Shown one piece after another: positions 46,864 through 56,230 of a stretch of DNA of 64,000 bases. The DNA is from Lachnospiraceae bacterium (GTDB lineage: Bacteria; Bacillota; Clostridia; Lachnospirales; Lachnospiraceae): contig JALCKY010000008.1 in NCBI GenBank assembly GCA_022647575.1, positions 8,635 through 72,634 of the forward strand, read 5' to 3'. The notes under the pieces are model-generated. The model saw only the letters and a list, made by a program, of their open reading frames with translations. It did not search any database and was not told where the DNA came from. The position numbers and the translations under genes were made by a program. Within the stretch, counting starts at the first letter, position 1; every line of letters starts with the position of its first letter.

Positions 46864-49557
46864 TTAGAAATCGAAGTCCTTTTCGTGAAGCAGGATGCGT
46901 CCTTCGTGATCGACCGCTTTCTTGGAGAATTTCCTGCCGAGCTTCCTCGTCCCCTTGTCGGCGCGTTCAATCGCCGTATCGATCATGTTCTTGACCTTTG
47001 CGACCGTAACCGGCTCTTTGTCCTTCTGGTTGTCGCCGATCATCGTGTACAGGGCAAGGACTCCCATTTCATCCATCTTGTATCCGCGTTCTTTAGTGTA
47101 GGTCTTTGCAAATGTCACCAGCTCATCATTCGTGAAGACGGGAATGATGATGGAGGAGGTAAATTTTTCTTCCAGTGAAGGATGGCCGGCAAGCATGGCC
47201 TGCAGATCCGCCTTCTCATCTTCAAGGATCACGACAAGGTCATCGGTACGGAATTCCATGGCTCTTGAAAGCTTGTCGATGGACTCGTCCGAAAGAGCGC
47301 CGGCGCCTTCAATGACAAGGAACCCGCCCGACATTTTCGCCACGACCGAAGCCGGATCTTTCTGGTTGAAATCCGTGGCAACGATATGGGCGATCTTGGC
47401 TGCCTTGATATTCAGGTCTTTGCAGATGGCAAGGATCACGCTGTCTGCCAGCGTCGTCTTGCCCGAGCCCTGACGTCCGACCAGTAAAATGTTTCCGCTT
47501 CTTGAAGTCTTGTCGCCGGCGTTGTTGTGCACGTCCGCGATGGTCTGCGTGACCTGCTCGCTGACGCCCGGAATCGCTGCGAAATAGGAGAAGATCTTTG
47601 TTTCATCGTCATCGAGCTTCCTCGGTTCAACCGGAAGGATTTCCATTGTTTCCGGTTTTTCCATGATGTCTTCGATGATGGACTTATCCTGCTCGTCGTC
47701 TTCCTCTTCGTCTTCCGCCGAAAATCCGCTGACGGCCGTTTCACTCTGCTGAGGAACATCATTTTCATCCGCAAGCAGTTCCTGCGGGATTTCCTGAGGC
47801 ATATCCTGCGTCTCATCTGCTGCAAACGGAGTCGGCGCCGCGCCTTCGACGGCCTGCGATGCTTCCATTTCCGCCCTGGCGCTTACCTTCTTTGCCGCCT
47901 CGGAAATCGAATCGCCGGATACCATGGCCTTCTGAAGCTCATCGTGGAAATTGAATTCCCGCGTAAGTCCCAGAGACTCATCGGTCTCCTTGCCGAGCAG
48001 ATCTTCCGCCGGTGCTGTACCTGCTGCCGTGCCAGAAGCTGCGGCTGCCGCTGTCATTCCTGCCCCGGATGCTGCACCCGCCGCCGTTCCCGACACGGAT
48101 GCCGTGGCTGCCGCCGCTGTCATACCTGCTGCATTTCCCGTCGCTTCTGCAGCTGCGGCTGCCGGTGCTTCGGACTCTGCCGGAGATGACGGCTCCTCTG
48201 CGGAACTGGTTCCGGAAAGAATCGTATCCGCCGCCGCCCTGGCTTCTTCCTGTGCGGCACTGCGTGCCGCATCTGCTGCCGCGGCTGCCTTCTCATCCAT
48301 CAGCGTATCGGTTTTTTCAAAGTTGCCGGAGGCAACGGCACTGGCAAGCTGATTCTTCGTCTCAGCGAAAAGGGCATCAAGATCTGCTTCCTTGTCTTTC
48401 TGAGGCTTCATGTATTCGTCGAGCGTAAGCTGCTCGCTCTCATTTTCACCGGCTGTCCTGGCCGCTTTCACGGCACCGGTATTGATGGATTCCGGTTCCA
48501 GCTTCTTGATTTTATACTGGGAAAGATCCTCGGTATGGCTCGGATTGTATTCCTTGATGTCTTCATCGGAAAAATCTTCTTCCGGCATCTCAGGAGCTTC
48601 CGCTGCCGGAGCCTCTTCCATTCCCGGCTTCTGGATTCCGGCAAAGACCGCACGGATGCTGTCAGCCAGCTTGTTCTGTACATCCTCTTTATTTGTCTCG
48701 GAAAATGTCCTGCGGGCGTCGACCTTGACGTTCGGCGTATTGATCCTGTTGGCTGCCTGTGCCGCCACATCCGGAACCGTCCGGCTGGCTGCCGCAGACA
48801 TTTTGCTGATGGCCTCCGCAGAATCGATGCTCTGTGCCGGCTCTTCATCTTCATCCGTTTTGGAAAGGACTTTTTCAATTTCATCGATTCCGGATTTCGC
48901 GGGAACCGGTCTCGGAACCGACTTTGCCACGACAGACGACGGACGGACATAGCGGCTGTCGTATCTCTTCTGCTGATCCGGCGTAAGAGAGGTCAGTCCC
49001 ATTTTCAGCTCCATGGCCTTCATGACGAACTTGCCTTCGGAGAACCACAGAATCATGTCATCGCATTCGGTGACGCATTTATCGTTCTGGCCGTTCTTTT
49101 TATAAAGCTTGGCCAGTTCATAAGCCCAGCGCTCCGTATATTCGTGATCCTTGTATTCCTTCAGCACCTTGATCTGCTCATCGAGGGGCGCGCCTTCCCG
49201 GCGCATGATCTTGTACTGCAGGATGTATTTCGAGGAATCATTCGGAGAGCTTTCTTCAAATTCTTCCTCATACTGTTTGGCTCCGTCAAGATCCCCGACC
49301 TTGACGGAAAGTTCTGTCAGGCGGTAAAGAATGGTCTTGCCGCCGCCGGAACGTTTATATGCATATTTCAGGACCCGGATTGAATCATCATATCGTTTGT
49401 TGGCCTCATAAATCTCCCCGACCATGCACAGCGTGCGGATATTCTTGACATGTCTCCAGTCAATCGTGTCCGTAATGGCGGCTGCACCCGAAAAATCCCC
49501 ATTTTCCGCCAAATTATTGATTTGATCCAGCTTGATTTTATACTCCGCCTTGTCCAA
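46864..49557 (-). CDS. TPR-repeat protein with acidic disordered linker and C-terminal AAA-like domain
   Basis: Helical repeat N-terminus; GRQGSGKTT near the C-terminus; TTG start. Confidence 0.75.
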   Translation of the reverse strand: MDKAEYKIKLDQINNLAENGDFSGAAAITDTIDWRHVKNIRTLCMVGEIYEANKRYDDSIRVLKYAYKRSGGGKTILYRLTELSVKVGDLDGAKQYEEEFEESSPNDSSKYILQYKIMRREGAPLDEQIKVLKEYKDHEYTERWAYELAKLYKKNGQNDKCVTECDDMILWFSEGKFVMKAMELKMGLTSLTPDQQKRYDSRYVRPSSVVAKSVPRPVPAKSGIDEIEKVLSKTDEDEEPAQSIDSAEAISKMSAAASRTVPDVAAQAANRINTPNVKVDARRTFSETNKEDVQNKLADSIRAVFAGIQKPGMEEAPAAEAPEMPEEDFSDEDIKEYNPSHTEDLSQYKIKKLEPESINTGAVKAARTAGENESEQLTLDEYMKPQKDKEADLDALFAETKNQLASAVASGNFEKTDTLMDEKAAAAADAARSAAQEEARAAADTILSGTSSAEEPSSPAESEAPAAAAAEATGNAAGMTAAAATASVSGTAAGAASGAGMTAAAAASGTAAGTAPAEDLLGKETDESLGLTREFNFHDELQKAMVSGDSISEAAKKVSARAEMEASQAVEGAAPTPFAADETQDMPQEIPQELLADENDVPQQSETAVSGFSAEDEEEDDEQDKSIIEDIMEKPETMEILPVEPRKLDDDETKIFSYFAAIPGVSEQVTQTIADVHNNAGDKTSRSGNILLVGRQGSGKTTLADSVILAICKDLNIKAAKIAHIVATDFNQKDPASVVAKMSGGFLVIEGAGALSDESIDKLSRAMEFRTDDLVVILEDEKADLQAMLAGHPSLEEKFTSSIIIPVFTNDELVTFAKTYTKERGYKMDEMGVLALYTMIGDNQKDKEPVTVAKVKNMIDTAIERADKGTRKLGRKFSKKAVDHEGRILLHEKDFDF

Positions 49558-49749
49558 TTTTTTCTCCTCAAAGGCAGCTGTCTGCCAAAAAAAGACAAAA
49601 ACCCATATTTAATAGAATTGTAACATGTCACACCGCCCGTGTAAAGCCGTCGAAGCCTGTAAAATAAAGATTTTTCAGAAAAATAAATAAAAAGAAACGC
49701 CTGTCCCGTCTGTCTGGAACGGAATGGGCGTTTCATGGATTCCGGGCAT

Positions 49750-52239
49750 TTATTTCACGGTAACTTTGTCCAGATGCCAGATGTCATCGACGTACTCCTG
49801 AATCGTACGGTCGGAGCTGAATTTTCCGGAGCATGCCGTATTCATCATGGCCTTCTTTGCCCAGCCGTTCTGGTCGCGGTAAGCCTGTTCCACCTTGTTC
49901 TGCGCATCGGCGTAGGACCAGAAATCCGCCAGGATGAAATAGCGGTCTGCATTTCCGTATTTGTTCGAAAGCAGCGAATCGTAAATCGGACGGAACAGAT
50001 CCGAATCCTGCGAATAGGTCCCGTTGATCAGCTGCATCAGGACGCGGCGGATAGCCCCGTCGTTGTTGAAGATCCTGTTCGGATCGTAGCCGCCGTTGTG
50101 CTCATAGCCGATGACTTCATCCGAGCTCAGTCCGAAAATGAAGGCATTTTCTTCGCCCACTTCTTTGACGATCTCGACGTTCGCGCCGTCCATCGTGCCC
50201 AGGGTCGGTGCACCGTTCAGCATGAATTTCATGTTGCCGGTACCGGAAGCTTCCTTGCTGGCCGTGGAAATCTGCTCGGATACATCGGCCGCCGCAAAAA
50301 TGATTTCGCCGTTGCTGACGCGGTAGTCTTCAATAAAGACCACCTTGATCTTTCCCTTGATGCTCTCATCATGATTGATGACATCGGCAACGCTGTTGAT
50401 CAGCTTGATGATCAGCTTTGCGATCTGATAGCCGGCTGAAGCCTTGGCTCCGAAAATAAAGGTGCGCGGATAGAATTCCATATCCGGATGATCCTTCAGT
50501 TCGTTGTACAGGTACATCACGTGCAGGATATTGAGAAGCTGGCGCTTGTATTCATGAAGCCTCTTGACCTGTACGTCAAAAATGGAGTGCGGATCGATTT
50601 CGATGCCGTTATGCTCCAGAATGTATTTCGCCAGTCTCTGCTTATTCTTGAATTTGATGGTCATGAATTCCTGCTGGGATTTCGGATCATCGACATAGAG
50701 CTTCAGATTGCCGATCTTTGAAAGATCCGTAATCCAGTCGTCGCCGATCTTATCCGTGATCCAGTCTGCCAGCAGCGGGTTCCCGTGCAGGAGGAATCTT
50801 CTCTGCGTAATGCCGTTCGTCTTGTTGCTGAATTTCTCCGGCATCATTTCGTAGAAGTCCTTCAGGACATCCTTCTTCAGGATTTCCGTATGCAGCGCCG
50901 CGACGCCGTTGACCGAATGTCCGCCGACGATGGCCAGATACGCCATCCTGACCTGGCCGTCATAGATAATGGCCATACTGCGGATCTTATCTTCATTTCC
51001 GGGATACTGAGCCTTGATCTTTTCGCAGAAGCGGCGGTTGATCTCCTCAACGATCTGGTAGATACGCGGCAGCAGTCTCGAGAACAGCTCGATCGGCCAT
51101 TTCTCCAGCGCTTCCTGCATGATCGTATGGTTCGTATAGGCACAGGTGCGGGTCGTGATGTCCCACGCCTCATCCCATTCCATTCCGTTCTCGTCCATGA
51201 GCAGTCTCATCAGCTCCGGAATGGCAACCGTCGGATGCGTATCGTTCAGCTGGAAAGCCACCTTGTCCGGAAGCTTGTGAAGGTCGCCGTACATTCCCTT
51301 GTACTTTTCCAGCGCCTCCTGGATCGAGGCGGAAATGAAGAAGTACTGCTGCTTCAGACGCAGTTCCTTGCCTGCTTCATGATTGTCGTTCGGGTACAGG
51401 ACTTCCGTAATCGTGCGCGCCAGATTCTCCTGCTCGACGGCTTTGTCGTATTCGCCCTTGTCGAAGCTGGAAAGCTCGAAGTCATTGATGGCTTCCGCAT
51501 CCCAGATGCGGAGCGTATCGACGATGCCGTTCTTGTATCCGAGCACCGGAATATCATACGGCACGGCGCGGACGGAAGAATAATTTTCGTAAATGTATTT
51601 GTTCTTTCCCGTCTTCGAATCGAATTCAATCCTTGTGTTCCCGCCGAAGCGGATTTCCTTGGCATGCTCCGGACGCTTCAGTTCAAACGGATAGACATTC
51701 TTCAGCCAGTTGTCCGGCACTTCGATCTGATAGCCGTCCCGGATCTGCTGCTTGAACATTCCGTAATGATAGCGGATGCCGCAGCCGTAGGCTTCGTATC
51801 CGAGAGTCGCCAGAGAATCCAGGAAGCAGGCAGCCAGTCTTCCGAGGCCGCCGTTGCCCAGTGCCGGATCCGGCTCCTGATCTTCCAGCGCATTGATATT
51901 GCAGTGCAGGTCTTCCAGTGCTTCCCTGACGCCGTCATACTCGCCCAGGTTGAGCAGGTTGTTTCCCAGAAGGCGTCCGATCAGGAATTCCATTGAAAGA
52001 TAATAGACGATCTTCGGTTTCTGTTCTTTAAAGGCGCGGCAGGAATCCAGCCATTTGTCAATGATCTGATCCTCAACGACGCTGCCGACAGCCTGAAAAA
52101 GCTGCGTCTCGGTCACTTCGCTGATATCCTGGCGGTAAAGCTTCTTGACCTGGTCTTTGACTTCCTCTTCAAAAGCTTCCTTGTCGAATTCATGTCTGTC
52201 GTTTCCGTGTCTGCCCTGTTTCCAAATCGATTTTGCCAT
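49750..52239 (-). CDS. glgP: Glycogen/starch phosphorylase
   Basis: LGNGGLGRLAAC, QLNDTHP, KRLHEYKRQ, EASGTGNMKF (PLP Lys). Confidence 0.97.
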   Translation of the reverse strand: MAKSIWKQGRHGNDRHEFDKEAFEEEVKDQVKKLYRQDISEVTETQLFQAVGSVVEDQIIDKWLDSCRAFKEQKPKIVYYLSMEFLIGRLLGNNLLNLGEYDGVREALEDLHCNINALEDQEPDPALGNGGLGRLAACFLDSLATLGYEAYGCGIRYHYGMFKQQIRDGYQIEVPDNWLKNVYPFELKRPEHAKEIRFGGNTRIEFDSKTGKNKYIYENYSSVRAVPYDIPVLGYKNGIVDTLRIWDAEAINDFELSSFDKGEYDKAVEQENLARTITEVLYPNDNHEAGKELRLKQQYFFISASIQEALEKYKGMYGDLHKLPDKVAFQLNDTHPTVAIPELMRLLMDENGMEWDEAWDITTRTCAYTNHTIMQEALEKWPIELFSRLLPRIYQIVEEINRRFCEKIKAQYPGNEDKIRSMAIIYDGQVRMAYLAIVGGHSVNGVAALHTEILKKDVLKDFYEMMPEKFSNKTNGITQRRFLLHGNPLLADWITDKIGDDWITDLSKIGNLKLYVDDPKSQQEFMTIKFKNKQRLAKYILEHNGIEIDPHSIFDVQVKRLHEYKRQLLNILHVMYLYNELKDHPDMEFYPRTFIFGAKASAGYQIAKLIIKLINSVADVINHDESIKGKIKVVFIEDYRVSNGEIIFAAADVSEQISTASKEASGTGNMKFMLNGAPTLGTMDGANVEIVKEVGEENAFIFGLSSDEVIGYEHNGGYDPNRIFNNDGAIRRVLMQLINGTYSQDSDLFRPIYDSLLSNKYGNADRYFILADFWSYADAQNKVEQAYRDQNGWAKKAMMNTACSGKFSSDRTIQEYVDDIWHLDKVTVK

Positions 52240-52284
52240 ATTTTCCCCTTTGCTGTTTAACATCGGCATTCTCACCTCTTGAAA

Positions 52285-52315
52285 GAAACCGTCCGCGTTT
52301 CCGTCAGACGGTTTC
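52285..52315 (-). terminator. Hairpin after ileS
   Basis: gaaaccgtc...gacggtttc. Confidence 0.55.
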
Positions 52316-52320
52316 CTTTC

Positions 52321-55300
52321 TCAGTTCTTCTTTACACCCAGTGTTACGGTTTCCCCGTTGATTTTCCATTCCTTGACGTATCCGTCTGCCGCATCAAAGC
52401 TCAGACTGTCCGCAAGGACATCGTGCCGGATTTCTTCTGCATTGTCTTCCATGATCTTCTGAATCTTCTCATTGCCCTGCGCATAGACGCTGATGCGGTC
52501 CATGACTTCGAACCCGGCTTCCTTGCGCATCGTCTGGATCTTGGAAATCAGTTCGCGGACGAAGCCTTCTTCGATCAGCTCCGGCGTAAGCGTCTTGTCC
52601 AGGACGACCGTCAGGTCGGAATCGGACTGCGTCTCGAAGCCTTCCGTCTGCGCGGTGTCGATCAGAAGATCCTCTTCCGCAAGATCGATTTCATTTCCGT
52701 TGATATCCAGCTTCAGAAGTCCGGTATCCTTAAGCTCCTTCATGGCTGCATTTCCGTCAATGGAAGAAAGCGCCTTCTGGATGCCTCCGAGGAATTTTCC
52801 GTACTTCGGTCCGACTGTCTTGAGCTGCGGCTTGAAGGTGTAGGAAATGAAGCTTTCCGCGGAATCAACCTTCTCCATCTTCTTTACATTCAGCTCATCC
52901 AGGATGATGTCTTCGTAATACTCCGGAATCTCAAACTCCGATTTCACAAGCATGCGGGAAATCGGCTGGCGGTTCTTGATGTTGGCTTCATTTCTGGCGG
53001 CACGCCCGAGGATGACGATCTCCAGGACATGCTCCATGTTGGCTTCCAGATCTGCATCGATCCGCTTCTCATCGCAGACCGGGTAATCGCACAGATGGAT
53101 GCTTTCCGGTGCATTGGCATCGATGCCGCGCACCAGGTTCTGATAGATTTCCTCCGTCATGAACGGAATCATCGGAGCGGCCAGCTTTGCAGTCGTGACC
53201 AGGACCGTATAGAGCGTCATGTAGGCATTGATCTTGTCCTGCTCCATGCCCTTGGCCCAGAAGCGTTCACGGCAGCGGCGGACGTACCAGTTGCTCATCT
53301 CATCGACGAAATCGCCGAGAGCCTTGCCGGCCTCTGTAACCTTATAGGAGCCCATGTCCGTATCGACTTCCTTAATCGTCGTATTGAGGCGGGAAAGGAT
53401 CCATTTGTCCATGACCGGCAGTTTGTCGTATTCCAGCTGATATTTCGTGGCATCGAAGCTATCGATATCCGCATAAAGCACGTAGAAGGCATACGTATTC
53501 CACAGTGTCCCCAGGAATTTCCTCTGTCCTTCCTGGACCGCCTTGCCGTAGAACCGGCTGGGCAGCCACGGAGCGGAATTGACGATGAAATACCAGCGGA
53601 TCGCGTCGGCGCCGTACTTTTCAAGCGCTTCCATCGGGTCGACCGCATTTCCCTTGGACTTGCTCATCTTCTGGCCGTTCTCATCCTGGACAAGGCCCAG
53701 GACCATGACGTTCTTGTAGCACGGCTTGTTGAAGATCAGCGTCGAAATGGCATGCAGGGAATAGAACCATCCTCTTGTCTGGTCGACGGCTTCGGAAATG
53801 AAATTCGCCGGGAACTGTTTCTCGAACAGTTCTTTGTTTTCAAACGGATAGTGATGCTGCGCAAACGGCATCGAGCCGGAATCGAACCAGCAGTCGATGA
53901 CTTCCGGAACACGGTGCATCGGCTTCCCGCATTTCGGGCAGCGGATCGTGACCGCGTCAATGTACGGCTTATGCAGCTCGATATCGTCCGGGCAGTTGTC
54001 CGATCTTTCCTTCAGCTCCGCAATGGAACCGATGGCGGTCTGTTCGCCGCATTCGTCGCAGACCCAGATCGGCAGCGGCGTGCCCCAGTAGCGATTGCGC
54101 GAAAGCGCCCAGTCCTGGATATTTTCCAGCCAGTCGCCGAAACGGCCCTGGCCGATGCTCTTCGGGATCCAGTTGATTTCATTGTTGTTGCGGATCAGAT
54201 CTTCCTTGACATCCGTCATGCGGATGAACCAGGACTCGCGCGCATAGTAAAGCAGCGGCGTTCCGCATCTCCAGCAGTGAGGATAGTCATGCGTAAATTC
54301 CGGTGCCGAGAACAGCAGGTTCATTTCCTTCAGCTTGTCCAGGACGAGCGGGTCTGCCTTCTTGACAAATGTACCGTCCCACAGCGTGCCTCCGCATAAG
54401 TCGCCCTTGTCGTCGACCAGCTGAACCAGCGGCAGATCGTATTTGCGTCCGACGTTGGCATCGTCTTCGCCGAATGCCGGAGCGATATGGACGATTCCGG
54501 TACCGTCTGTCAGCGTGACGTAGGTGTCGCAGACCACATAATGCGCTTTTTTCTTCTTTGCCGCAGCTGCTGCCGCCGTGAAATCAAAGAGCGGTTCGTA
54601 CTCGCGGTATTCCAGATCTTTTCCTTTATAATGCTCAAGGATTTCCGCCCCGTCGCCGAGGATGGCCGGAACCAGTGCTTCCGCCATATAATAGGTGAAT
54701 TCACCGGACTTCACTTTGACGTAATCCGCTTCCGGATTCACGCAGAGCGCAACGTTGGAAGGAAGCGTCCAGGGAGTCGTTGTCCATGCCAGGAAATAGG
54801 CATCTTCGCCTTTGGCCTTGAATCTGACGATTGCGGACCTTTCCTTGACTTCCTTGTATCCCTGCGCGACTTCGTGAGAAGAAAGCGGGGTTCCGCAGCG
54901 CGGGCAGTAAGGCACGACTTTATAGCCCTGATACAGAAGTCCTCTGTCGAAGATCTGTTTCAGAGCCCACCATTCGGATTCGATGAAGTCGTTATGATAG
55001 GTGACATAAGGATTGTCCATGTCCGCCCAGAATCCGACCTGATCGGAGAAGGTGCGCCACATTCCTTCATACTTCCACACGGAGTCCTTGCACTTGCGGA
55101 TAAATGGATCGATTCCGTACTGTTCGATCTGATCTTTGCCGTCAAGGCCGAGCATTTTCTCAACTTCGATTTCCACGGGCAGTCCGTGGGTATCCCATCC
55201 GGCTTTTCTCGGAACGAGTTCCCCTTTCATTGCATGGTAGCGGGGAATCATATCCTTTATGACACGGGTCAGGACGTGGCCGATATGCGGCTTGCCGTTG

Positions 55301-55449
55301 GCTGTCGGCGGGCCGTCGTAAAACATGTAGGTCGGGCATCCTTCCCTTTGGTCTATGCTCTTCTGAAAAATATTGTTTTCTTTCCAGAATTTTGCCGTCT
55401 CTTTTTCGCGGTCGACAAAATCGAGGTTTGTATCTACTTTTTTATACAT
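52321..55449 (-). CDS. ileS: Isoleucine-tRNA ligase, type 2
   Basis: DGPPTANG-PHIGH, GWDTHGLP, WTTTPWTLP, KMSKS; ~1042 aa with IleRS2-type C-terminus; start at ATG 55449. Confidence 0.97.
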   Translation of the reverse strand: MYKKVDTNLDFVDREKETAKFWKENNIFQKSIDQREGCPTYMFYDGPPTANGKPHIGHVLTRVIKDMIPRYHAMKGELVPRKAGWDTHGLPVEIEVEKMLGLDGKDQIEQYGIDPFIRKCKDSVWKYEGMWRTFSDQVGFWADMDNPYVTYHNDFIESEWWALKQIFDRGLLYQGYKVVPYCPRCGTPLSSHEVAQGYKEVKERSAIVRFKAKGEDAYFLAWTTTPWTLPSNVALCVNPEADYVKVKSGEFTYYMAEALVPAILGDGAEILEHYKGKDLEYREYEPLFDFTAAAAAAKKKKAHYVVCDTYVTLTDGTGIVHIAPAFGEDDANVGRKYDLPLVQLVDDKGDLCGGTLWDGTFVKKADPLVLDKLKEMNLLFSAPEFTHDYPHCWRCGTPLLYYARESWFIRMTDVKEDLIRNNNEINWIPKSIGQGRFGDWLENIQDWALSRNRYWGTPLPIWVCDECGEQTAIGSIAELKERSDNCPDDIELHKPYIDAVTIRCPKCGKPMHRVPEVIDCWFDSGSMPFAQHHYPFENKELFEKQFPANFISEAVDQTRGWFYSLHAISTLIFNKPCYKNVMVLGLVQDENGQKMSKSKGNAVDPMEALEKYGADAIRWYFIVNSAPWLPSRFYGKAVQEGQRKFLGTLWNTYAFYVLYADIDSFDATKYQLEYDKLPVMDKWILSRLNTTIKEVDTDMGSYKVTEAGKALGDFVDEMSNWYVRRCRERFWAKGMEQDKINAYMTLYTVLVTTAKLAAPMIPFMTEEIYQNLVRGIDANAPESIHLCDYPVCDEKRIDADLEANMEHVLEIVILGRAARNEANIKNRQPISRMLVKSEFEIPEYYEDIILDELNVKKMEKVDSAESFISYTFKPQLKTVGPKYGKFLGGIQKALSSIDGNAAMKELKDTGLLKLDINGNEIDLAEEDLLIDTAQTEGFETQSDSDLTVVLDKTLTPELIEEGFVRELISKIQTMRKEAGFEVMDRISVYAQGNEKIQKIMEDNAEEIRHDVLADSLSFDAADGYVKEWKINGETVTLGVKKN

Positions 55450-55482
55450 ATAGTTACACCTCTCCAGAATATTAGAAACTAT

Positions 55483-55512
55483 ATTATAAGGTTGAACAGG
55501 CGGGATTGTCAA
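55483..55512 (-). promoter_or_regulatory. SigA promoter of ileS
   Basis: Perfect TTGACA-18-TATAAT ending 33 bp upstream of the start codon. Confidence 0.75.
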
Positions 55513-55534
55513 GAAAACCGGCCGCAGCCGTACT

Positions 55535-56097
55535 GCTTCGTGCCCCCGGAGCTCCCTTCCCATCTGTCATCCGCTGCCTGGGCAGGACAGAGCACACGCA
55601 GACACGCTTGCTTCGGTTCTTTCCGCGCTCGCCGATGGATGGGCTGCTCCGAAAACTCAGCGGGCTCTCCTGATCTTTTGTCAGGCAGCGTCAGGAGGCA
55701 GGGCCGCTATGACGATAGCGTCAGCTTCGTCGCCGTTTCTGCACGATGCGATGGGCTGCGCAGAATTGTCCGAAGCGGGCTCCTTCCCATGCATGTAACG
55801 GTCCTCCGTGAGAGGCAGTGCCTCTCACGGAGGATTGTTATCAATGAAGGGAGCCCGCAAGTTTTCGGAGCAGCCCATCCATCGGCGAGTGCAGAAACGG
55901 CAGAAGCAAGCGTGTCAGAGCGGCCCTGTCTCCTGAGGATGCCTGCTGACAGTCAAGGAAAGAGCCCGCTTCAGACAGTTCTGCGCAGCCCATCGCATCG
56001 CGCGGAAAGAACTGCGAAGCTGGCGCTATCGTCCGCGTGCGCTCTGCCCTGTCCGGGCAGCGGGCGAAAGGGGAGGGGTTCTCCGGGGGCGCAAAGC
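55535..56097. repeat. 563-bp rod-like imperfect palindrome
   Basis: Centre tcctccgtgagaggca-g-tgcctctcacggagga (55802-55834), plus nested perfect stems out to cccccggag/ctccggggg. Confidence 0.9.
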
Positions 56098-56117
56098 GGC
56101 ACGGAGGGCGGCAGCAA

Positions 56118-56150
56118 AAAACCTTCCCGGCGGATGCCTGGGAAGGTTTT
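56118..56150 (-). terminator. Terminator of the autolysin gene
   Basis: aaaaccttccc...gggaaggtttt. Confidence 0.75.
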
Positions 56151-56230
56151 AAGTTGAAGTTTTATGTTTCAGCCGCGGGCGTTTCCGGAAACCCGGATGC
56201 CTGCCGGCTGCAGCTTGATCCGATATTCAG

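Noticed and set aside
55535-56097. T-box riboswitch for ileS
   Set aside because: No GGTGGTACCGCG-type T-box or specifier loop seen, and a consensus promoter lies between this region and ileS.
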